Source: a virus
IMG/VR virus record: IMGVR_UViG_3300027708_000022
Coordinates: 32,001 to 96,000 of that record
Strand: one strand, 5' to 3'
DNA length: 64,000 bases
Part shown: piece by piece, positions 50,380 through 57,042 of the stretch
How the letters are laid out: every line of letters starts with the position of its first letter
Position numbering within the stretch: position 1 is the first letter of the stretch
The notes under the pieces: generated by a model
Told to the model about the DNA's origin: nothing
The model's input: only the letters and a program-made list of their open reading frames with translations
Databases searched by the model: none
Translations under genes and position numbers: made by a program

Positions 50380-50454
50380 TGGTGGACCGTGAGAGAATCG
50401 AACTCTCAATTTCTGGTTGCAAACCAGATGTGTTCCCATTAGCACTAACAGCCC
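50380..50454 (-). tRNA. tRNA-Ala(UGC)
   Basis: Cloverleaf, G3-U70, CCA. Confidence 0.9.
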
Positions 50455-50461
50455 TCTAAAC

Positions 50462-50518
50462 AACAGGATGGAATTTTCTTTTTATCAATAAAAGTTTTTT
50501 TGTTGCTGTTACCATCCT
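50462..50518 (-). ncRNA. CAGCAA small-RNA motif, copy 4
   Basis: AGGATGG-TAA-CAGCAA...CTTTT-ATTGATA-AAAAG...CCATCCT-GTT. Confidence 0.65.
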
Positions 50519-50524
50519 AAAACT

Positions 50525-50608
50525 TGATGCGTCAGGTAGGGATCGAACCTACTTGTCCTAAAACCACGGGGTTACAGCCCGCTGCCCTGCCATTAGAGCA
50601 TCCAACGC
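50525..50608 (-). tRNA. tRNA-Tyr(GUA); ends TCA
   Basis: Cloverleaf with extended variable region. Confidence 0.8.
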
Positions 50609-50616
50609 ATTAAAAC

Positions 50617-50691
50617 TGGCTCCGTGATTAGGAATCGAACCTAACTATGACAAATTAACAGTTTGCTCCCACACCTTGCGGGTCTCACGGA
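50617..50691 (-). tRNA. tRNA-Asn(GUU)
   Basis: Cloverleaf with CCA. Confidence 0.9.
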
Positions 50692-51230
50692 ATTATTTTT
50701 TTCAATCTCTTTCTTATCGCTGTATCCGAAATATTTAACTTTTCAGCCACATTAATTATAGTATCATTCTTTAATAATTCTGTTAAATCTATATTATCCC
50801 AATCTACTTTAAATTTTGATTTAGAAGAACAAGATAAAGAACAATATTTATTGAACAATGGTTTATCTTTTTCACAAACAGGACATGAATCCATTTCAGT
50901 TAGTTTTTCTTGTTTATAACTTGTAAAATTTTCATCAAATTTTGTATAATCTTCAGGCATTTTTACAATATCACTATGAACCTCACTATGACAATTATGA
51001 CATAATAAAATGCATTTTCTCAATTCTTCAACAATAGATAACCAATTTTTAGGATTTGCTCGTATTGCTCCAAAAGATAATTCTTTCATGTTTGGGTCTA
51101 TATGGTGTAGGGCTAAAGCACTATCACATTTATTATATCCACATATTTGACAACAATTTCCCATAGACTCTATTATTCGTTTTTTGGTATTTTGTCGCCA
51201 TCTTTTTACTGCTTCTGAATTTTTACTCAT
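50685..51230 (-). mobile_element. HNH homing endonuclease-like gene inserted in tRNA array
   Basis: CQICG..LALHH..C..LCHNCHSEVH, second Zn motif, C-terminal HTH; own TATAAATA at 51264-51271. Confidence 0.8.
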
Positions 51231-51293
51231 AAAACCTCTGTTTTAAAAATTAACTTAATTTGTTATTTATAATTTTAAGGTTTTATAAAAACT

Positions 51294-51370
51294 TGGTTGC
51301 GGAGTCCTGGATTCGAACCAGGGGTCTACAGCTTATGAGGCTGCCGGGATGACCTCTTCCCTAACCCGCA
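51294..51370 (-). tRNA. tRNA-CAU, initiator (fMet)-like
   Basis: GCGGG...CCGCAACCA acceptor as in tRNA-fMet; atypical anticodon stem. Confidence 0.7.
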
Positions 51371-51379
51371 ATTAAAACT

Positions 51380-51497
51380 TGGTGTCGCACTCAGGATTCG
51401 AACCTGAACCACTTCCTTTTCGATGGAATTTTGGTATGCTGTTTATATTCTTGTCAGAATACGTTAATAAGTGTGCTACCGTTTACACCAATGCGAC
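51380..51497 (-). ncRNA. 118-nt tRNA-like RNA with anticodon arm replaced by an approximately 60-nt domain
   Basis: Acceptor, D arm, T arm and CCA intact; no anticodon loop. Confidence 0.75.
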
Positions 51498-51506
51498 ATT
51501 AAAACT

Positions 51507-51580
51507 TGGTGCCCTATGACAGAATCGAACTGCCGTGACCTGATTACAAAACAGGTGTAATACCATTATACTAATAGGGC
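51507..51580 (-). tRNA. tRNA-Thr(UGU)
   Basis: Cloverleaf with CCA. Confidence 0.9.
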
Positions 51581-51586
51581 GAAACT

Positions 51587-51661
51587 TGGCGACTCATGGG
51601 AGAATCGAACTCCCGTAACAGGATAGACAATCCCGTGTAATAACCATTATACTAATGAGCC
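51587..51661 (-). tRNA. tRNA-Asp(GUC)
   Basis: Cloverleaf with CCA. Confidence 0.9.
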
Positions 51662-51737
51662 ATATTGAAATACACTATACGGGTCTACGTCCCGTGGCAC
51701 TTTAGACTTTCATTGCCTATAAATGTACTTCAATATG
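51661..51737. repeat. Element bounded by CATATTGAARTACA inverted repeats (others at 52954-53029, 63258-63371)
   Basis: Same terminal repeats, unrelated interiors. Confidence 0.8.
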
Positions 51738-51742
51738 ACAAC

Positions 51743-51816
51743 TGGTGGGGGCACAGAGAATCGAACTCTGATAGACCGGTTAAAAGCCGGATATTCTACC
51801 TTTGAATTATACCCCC
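51743..51816 (-). tRNA. tRNA-Lys(UUU)
   Basis: Cloverleaf with CCA. Confidence 0.9.
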
Positions 51817-51873
51817 AAAAGTTTGTCACTCTTGTCACTATCCATGACAATACTCCTATAAAAACAAACAATA

Positions 51874-51948
51874 TGGTACACCGTATGGGTTACGATCCCA
51901 TCTAGCCACCTTGAAAGGGTGGTGACCTCACCAGAAGTCTAACGGTGC
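51874..51948 (-). tRNA. tRNA-Glu(UUC)
   Basis: Cloverleaf with CCA; T loop ATCGTAA. Confidence 0.85.
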
Positions 51949-51969
51949 ATTAAAATTTACTACTCTAAT

Positions 51970-51981
51970 TTTTAAAGAACA
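51970..51981 (-). promoter_or_regulatory. boxA-like antitermination site (second copy 53121-53132)
   Basis: TGTTCTTTAAAA in both tRNA-operon leaders. Confidence 0.65.
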
Positions 51982-52078
51982 TCACTGCATTTCTTACTAT
52001 GTGTCCATTATACATGAACCACTTGGTAAGTCAACAACTAATTTTATTGTTGCCTAAACAACACTAAAGCTACCTTAC

Positions 52079-52156
52079 TGGAAGTGCGAGTCAGATTTGA
52101 ACTGACGATTTTACGGGTTTGCAATCCGTTGCTTTTGACCACTCAGCCATCGCACT
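52079..52156 (-). tRNA. tRNA-Cys(GCA)
   Basis: Cloverleaf, U73, CCA. Confidence 0.9.
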
Positions 52157-52164
52157 ATTAAAAA

Positions 52165-52251
52165 TGGCGGGTAGTATAGGATTCGAACCTATGCACCTTT
52201 ACGGTGGACGGCTTAGCAAGCCGCTGCCTTCGACCACTCAGCCAACTACCC
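52165..52251 (-). tRNA. tRNA-Ser(GCU)
   Basis: Type II cloverleaf with CCA. Confidence 0.9.
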
Positions 52252-52842
52252 ATTTCCGTTACTAAAACCTACCTTACCGCCTTGTGCTTCAATTCTCTTA
52301 ATTACATCTTCAAAAAGAATCGGTGCAAAATCTGTTTGTTCAACGCATACACAATGATAACGAGGATCAATTTCCGTTTCGCTGTAGATAATTTCTCCAG
52401 TCGGATAATTAATACCTTTCGCCTTCATAACACGATTCGTATGGAGGTGTCCATGAATGTTTACACCAAATCTTCCAAGATTTTCTGGATGAAGTGGAAT
52501 ATGGCTAAGAATCATTCCGTTCATTACATGATAAGCACGAAGCTCTCTGAAATGTTCACGATATTCATCATCTTTAAAAATATCATGGTTACCACGAATA
52601 AGAACTTTGTCACCATTAAGTCTACGCATAATACCAAGGCTTTTGCGTTTCATCACTACGTCACCAAGGTGATATACTTTATCGTTCTTTCCTACTCTTT
52701 CGTTCCAGAGTTTGACCATCGCTTCATCCATTTCATCAGGATCAGTCCATGGTCTAATCTTAACTCCGGTATCTTGGTGTGTAAAACGACATACACCAGC
52801 GTGTCCAAAATGTGTGTCGCTAACAAGAAATACTGCTGGCAT
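52246..52842 (-). CDS. Calcineurin-like metallophosphoesterase
   Basis: SDTHFGH, LGD, GNHD, SH, HGHLH. Confidence 0.9.
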   Translation of the reverse strand: MPAVFLVSDTHFGHAGVCRFTHQDTGVKIRPWTDPDEMDEAMVKLWNERVGKNDKVYHLGDVVMKRKSLGIMRRLNGDKVLIRGNHDIFKDDEYREHFRELRAYHVMNGMILSHIPLHPENLGRFGVNIHGHLHTNRVMKAKGINYPTGEIIYSETEIDPRYHCVCVEQTDFAPILFEDVIKRIEAQGGKVGFSNGNG

Positions 52843-52861
52843 ATTAGTCTCCTATAAAATA

Positions 52862-52954
52862 TGGCGGGCGGCAGAGGAGTCGAACCCCATCCCCATTACA
52901 GAGAACCTGGTTTTCAAGGCCAGTCGCAGGACCATCCCCGCTGCATTACCACCC
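52862..52954 (-). tRNA. tRNA-Ser(UGA)
   Basis: Type II cloverleaf with CCA; unusual D arm. Confidence 0.8.
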
Positions 52955-53027
52955 ATATTGAAGTACACTCCTGATTCTGTTCGATAAAACAGAATGTTGG
53001 CTAGCCTACCTGAAATGTACTTCAATA

Positions 53028-53101
53028 TGGCAGCGGTACTTGGGATCGAACCAAGGATAACGGATTCAAAATCCATCGTGATACCATTTCACTATACCGC
53101 A
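53028..53101 (-). tRNA. tRNA-Gln(UUG)
   Basis: Cloverleaf with CCA. Confidence 0.9.
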
Positions 53102-53215
53102 ACATATTTACTACTCTAATTTTTAAAGAACATTTATTTCTTACTATAGGTCCATTATACACGAACCACTTAATAAGTCAACAACTATTTACAGTCTGTC
53201 GTTTTTACACAACAT

Positions 53216-53254
53216 CAAAACAAAAACCCTAGAAACTTTCGTTTACTAGGGTTT
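53216..53254 (-). terminator. Intrinsic terminator of putative attenuator
   Basis: AAACCCTAG-TAAAC-GAAA-GTTT-CTAGGGTTT-TTGTTTT. Confidence 0.8.
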
Positions 53255-53281
53255 GTGATGAATTAGATTTTATCTAATATA

Positions 53282-53410
53282 CTACGTTACACAAACCCCA
53301 TTTGATCCAATAAAGCCGCTATTCTCATTTTTTGATGAGCGATAATCGGCCGGCCATGTCGCTAACGACTGGCATCTTGGTGTTGAGAGTGTATGTATAG
53401 TTTTCATCAT
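53282..53410 (-). CDS. Putative 42-aa attenuator leader peptide of the tRNA array
   Basis: MMKTIHTLSTPRCQSLATWPADYRSSKNENSGFIGSNGVCVT; all 20 amino acids; last codons overlap the antiterminator strand. Confidence 0.7.
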   Translation of the reverse strand: MMKTIHTLSTPRCQSLATWPADYRSSKNENSGFIGSNGVCVT

Positions 53411-53416
53411 AGTCCT

Positions 53417-53445
53417 AGTATATATGCTTTTTGTTCTGCGGTCAA
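53417..53445 (-). promoter_or_regulatory. Sigma70 promoter of leader ORF (leaderless transcript)
   Basis: TTGACC-N17-TATACT, 6 nt before the ATG. Confidence 0.75.
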
Positions 53446-53476
53446 GCACTTTTTTCACTGTTACCTAAAAATATTT

Positions 53477-53764
53477 TCACTTTACCAATACATCTTTATT
53501 TTTAACAACTTCACCATTCGGATGATTATAAGCAACGAAGCCATCTTCATCTTTGAATGCTACTCCTTCCCAAAAATACTCTTTTTTCTTAAAATGAGTA
53601 ATCTGTTCTTCGGTAAATTCAGATACATCCATTCGCATTTCACCTAAGTGTTCTTGCCAATTATCATCAGCTACATTAGCGATACGGAATGCTTCATCTT
53701 TATTTTCGGCCTCGACCACATGAACCATACGGAAGACACCGATACTTTCAACAATATATTTCAT
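53477..53764 (-). CDS. Hypothetical protein
   Basis: Coupled ORF. Confidence 0.6.
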   Translation of the reverse strand: MKYIVESIGVFRMVHVVEAENKDEAFRIANVADDNWQEHLGEMRMDVSEFTEEQITHFKKKEYFWEGVAFKDEDGFVAYNHPNGEVVKNKDVLVK

Positions 53765-53766
53765 AA

Positions 53767-53982
53767 TTATCCTTTAACAGAAATTTTAACTCGCAGAAAC
53801 CATGCTAAAACAATAACTGCACACCAAGTACTAAAAGTATAAGGAATCTCCAGAATTGGGAATAACGTATTTAATGCCCAAACGACAAAAATCGGGCCTA
53901 AAGTAAAAATTGCAACAACCAGCAAGATAGCGGTCAGTCCGCCAAGTGCCATAATAATATTTTCTTTAAGTTTATCCGACAT
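53767..53982 (-). CDS. Small membrane protein
   Basis: Hydrophobic helices, WALNTLFP. Confidence 0.6.
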   Translation of the reverse strand: MSDKLKENIIMALGGLTAILLVVAIFTLGPIFVVWALNTLFPILEIPYTFSTWCAVIVLAWFLRVKISVKG

Positions 53983-54271
53983 TTTTATCTCCAATCGAAA
54001 ATTCTAGCTTGGAAAGTGAGTCCCAGCGAAAACTTCGCCAACCTTTTGCTTCAACATCATACACAGGTTGTGCTTCATCTGAATATTTTCGTGTTCCAGC
54101 ACTTTCCGACGACTTTTCCGACTTAGGAATTCGTGATTCTGACAAAGTAGAGACCATTTTACGCTCAGTACCGTCTTTTTTCGTAAAAGTCAGCGTTACA
54201 ACTTCACTTTTCAGTAAACCCTTCAACCAATTTCTTGCTTCAACATCACTAAAATCAAATTTTTCACTCAT
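53972..54271 (-). CDS. WYL-like/SH3-fold protein
   Basis: FTKKDGTER..TL, YDVEAKGWRSFR. Confidence 0.7.
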   Translation of the reverse strand: MSEKFDFSDVEARNWLKGLLKSEVVTLTFTKKDGTERKMVSTLSESRIPKSEKSSESAGTRKYSDEAQPVYDVEAKGWRSFRWDSLSKLEFSIGDKNVG

Positions 54272-54274
54272 TTT

Positions 54275-54667
54275 TCAATTCTCCGCAATTTCTTTAGCAT
54301 AATTTTTCAGTTTTAATAGTGTAACACGACTCAAAGTACTTTTGAGGTAATCATCGACCCATTTATAACTATTTTCCGTCTTTCTAACAAAGCATCCATA
54401 CACATTTGCACGAATCAAGCCGTAAACATATGCCTCTGGATCACTAAAAATGGCTTCAAAGTGGTCATCAAATTCTGGATCGCCATTTTCACTTCGTTTA
54501 AAAAATATAACATGGTACATATCACCGAATTTAGTGCCATCAACTTTTTTACCTTTATCAAAACTATCCAAAAAATCAAAATAGGACAATTTCAGGGAAC
54601 CTTCATCGTTTCCCGGCATAAGGTAAAACCCATCAAATTGGGTCGCATTAGGTTCCGACATAAACAT
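54275..54667 (-). CDS. Hypothetical protein
   Basis: Start probably MFMSEP. Confidence 0.55.
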   Translation of the reverse strand: MFMSEPNATQFDGFYLMPGNDEGSLKLSYFDFLDSFDKGKKVDGTKFGDMYHVIFFKRSENGDPEFDDHFEAIFSDPEAYVYGLIRANVYGCFVRKTENSYKWVDDYLKSTLSRVTLLKLKNYAKEIAEN

Positions 54668-54788
54668 CCTTTTGTACGGTACGCTTGGTGCGGTTACGGT
54701 CATAGACCTTTTTTGAAACCGCAACTCGCATACGGTACTTGGGTGTTCTCAAATCCTTTGCGATAAGGTTACGCTTGGTCAAACTCAT
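54648..54788 (-). CDS. ArfA-like small basic protein (46 aa)
   Basis: RNLIAKDLRTPKYRMRVAVSKKVYDR matches ArfA core pattern; below track cutoff. Confidence 0.55.
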   Translation of the reverse strand: MSLTKRNLIAKDLRTPKYRMRVAVSKKVYDRNRTKRTVQKDVYVGT

Positions 54789-55099
54789 TCAAAATCCTTT
54801 AACGAGCCCGCTTTACGGGCACCACAAAACATTAGTAGAAGGCCGACAGCCGAAATTCCATAAAAAATTAAATCAGAACCACCCTCAATACCAGAGGCGA
54901 CAAACACGATTAAAAATCCCAAAAGAAAAGTAGCTATGCCCATCAGTAATTATCATCCGAAACAGCATCAGAATAATCCAAAACGTCAAATACCCACTCA
55001 ACAGGTATGCCTAACTTCCGAGCTATCATCAGAGGAGTATTGTCGGAATCTTCCAACAAAATCTGAATATCGGTAAAAACATCTTTCATTACAGCCATT

Positions 55100-55366
55100 T
55101 TAAATCCTTGACAAATTAATAACACGACCTGGATAATCATTGTGAAATACCGCAACAGGGCAATACACGATTTTACCAACTCGACCCTTATCTTCAGCAT
55201 CCGACCATGAGTCCTTGGTCACAATGATTTTATAGGCATTGTAGCCTTGCTCATTGGTGATTTCTAAAATTTCACCTTCAACGAAACAATCTTCACGACC
55301 AACCATTGGTTTAAAATCGTAAGAGCGAATAACATCACGGACTTCAAATTTTTCGGCTTTCAACAT
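55100..55366 (-). CDS. Early hypothetical protein
   Basis: Follows early promoter and RBS. Confidence 0.6.
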   Translation of the reverse strand: MLKAEKFEVRDVIRSYDFKPMVGREDCFVEGEILEITNEQGYNAYKIIVTKDSWSDAEDKGRVGKIVYCPVAVFHNDYPGRVINLSRI

Positions 55367-55658
55367 TTTATTTCCTTTCTCATTCAACAGGAACCATTAT
55401 ACACTAACCGGCAAGGGAGTCAAGGACTTTTTGGATAATGTTGTAAAAAAACAACACTAGAAATTTAAATATTTACTTGCAATAAGAGCAAATACCAAAG
55501 CAATTCCTGCCAATATAATCGGCGCAATAATAATACAACCTATTGCAAGTAAAATACTAATCATAATATAAAAAATACATATACTAAAAAACAATTAATA
55601 ACTACATAAACAGCACCAATTAATAAAATGGTTGCTATGTCATAAATGAATCTTGGCA

Positions 55659-56027
55659 TCAATCTTCCTTAGGTGGGTTTGACCGCTCATCCCAAATTTT
55701 CTCACACTCTTGCTTGGTGTAATCACCGTAACGCTGGCAATCAATTAAGAACAATGGTTTATTTCTATCTATTTCTTTTTTAATCCTAGCTTCTTCAACT
55801 TCAATCGGATCTCTCAGAGCTACTGCCGCATTAGCATCAGCTATTGCTTCATTTTTCACTCCCATAACCGGCATAGCTAAGACATAAACACAAAAAATGA
55901 TACCTGCGCCAATCACGACATACTTCCAAATAAACCCTAGTATAAAGACGCAAATAACGGCGAACACAGCATACTGGAGAATGCTTGTTGTAATTCCAAC
56001 AGAGGCTAGATTATCAAAAAGATTCAT
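55659..56027 (-). CDS. Membrane protein
   Basis: Two hydrophobic segments. Confidence 0.55.
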   Translation of the reverse strand: MNLFDNLASVGITTSILQYAVFAVICVFILGFIWKYVVIGAGIIFCVYVLAMPVMGVKNEAIADANAAVALRDPIEVEEARIKKEIDRNKPLFLIDCQRYGDYTKQECEKIWDERSNPPKED

Positions 56028-56028
56028 T

Positions 56029-56289
56029 TTAGTATGGTTCACAATGCACATTAACTGGAACTAAAACACGGCCACCTGAGTCCACCTTTTGTGCGGTGTA
56101 TTCAACATTAGGCCGCAAGCGAGCACGGATACATTCACGAGCAGCCTGTACGACCTCATTACGGTGCATTGCTTCCGGGCCAGTATACCCACTTAGTTTA
56201 TACACAGGAGCTTTTGGTGCTGAAGAACAACCGGAAAGAACCACGATACCAACAACCAATAATAATTTAAATTTCATTTTCAACTCCAT
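56029..56289 (-). CDS. Putative lipoprotein
   Basis: Lipobox LSGC. Confidence 0.6.
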   Translation of the reverse strand: MELKMKFKLLLVVGIVVLSGCSSAPKAPVYKLSGYTGPEAMHRNEVVQAARECIRARLRPNVEYTAQKVDSGGRVLVPVNVHCEPY

Positions 56290-56573
56290 GTACGGTGACG
56301 TTCCGCCACCCATTCGTTACCATCGTATTCTTCAATATACCAATCGACCTCATCTGGAACTTCCACGATTTTCAAATCAGCACAAGCACCGTTTGCCATT
56401 CCACCCATTTCATGGACTAGTTGAACCAAAGCCTCATCATTACGAAGGATCTCACGGTCATAAAAGTGATCCGTGAATTCCATACCTTTCAATTCTAGGT
56501 AACGAGCAATTCCCGCATCTGACAAACTAAAACCACCATAACAATTATTAATTACAACTTTCATAATATTCAC
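56280..56573 (-). CDS. Conserved phage hypothetical protein
   Basis: VVINNCYGGFSLS..IEEYDG.E. Confidence 0.7.
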   Translation of the reverse strand: MNIMKVVINNCYGGFSLSDAGIARYLELKGMEFTDHFYDREILRNDEALVQLVHEMGGMANGACADLKIVEVPDEVDWYIEEYDGNEWVAERHRTWS

Positions 56574-56885
56574 CTAAAAAGTATTAAGAGTAGGTTCCAA
56601 TTCCGCAATCAACTCACGTTCCCGTTGATGAGCAGGTTTTCGACCACGAACAATTTCCAAAACTTCATACCGATAATCAGCCTCGATATTGTCACGGAGA
56701 AAACAACAGAAAGACCAATCCTTGTTTTCTTTCATAGCACGGCTGACGTGCTTCTGCCAGCGAACCTTAACTGACCGAACAAACGCTTGACCCTGTGCAA
56801 CGGTTAGACCGATATACGAATCACCGGTATCCTCGCAGATAACACGATATAAAACATGGTTACGGTCAGACCGTTTTTTTCTCAT
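56574..56885 (-). CDS. Small GIY-YIG-domain protein
   Basis: VLY..YIGLT..RWQKH..ERELI..PTLN. Confidence 0.7.
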   Translation of the reverse strand: MRKKRSDRNHVLYRVICEDTGDSYIGLTVAQGQAFVRSVKVRWQKHVSRAMKENKDWSFCCFLRDNIEADYRYEVLEIVRGRKPAHQRERELIAELEPTLNTF

Positions 56886-57042
56886 AAAATTCTTTTCTCA
56901 TTCAACAGGTACCATTATACACTAATCACGGTATAAGTCAAGGACTGTGCTAAAATACAACACTTTAATGTTGCATAAAAACAACACTATTCCCTCTCAC
57001 TCAACAGGTACCATTATACACGAACCGTGACCAAAGTCAAGG

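Noticed and set aside
51380-51497. Intron-containing tRNA
   Set aside because: Insert too short for a group I or II intron, and no canonical anticodon loop can be rebuilt by excision
52862-52954. Selenocysteine or suppressor tRNA
   Set aside because: Anticodon reads TGA (Ser), not TCA; no stop-reading tRNAs found and genes read normally in code 11
46969-53076. Track ORFs overlapping tRNAs (46969, 49070, 51723, 52204, 52712, 52852)
   Set aside because: Coincide with tRNA or ncRNA genes, or are antisense shadows
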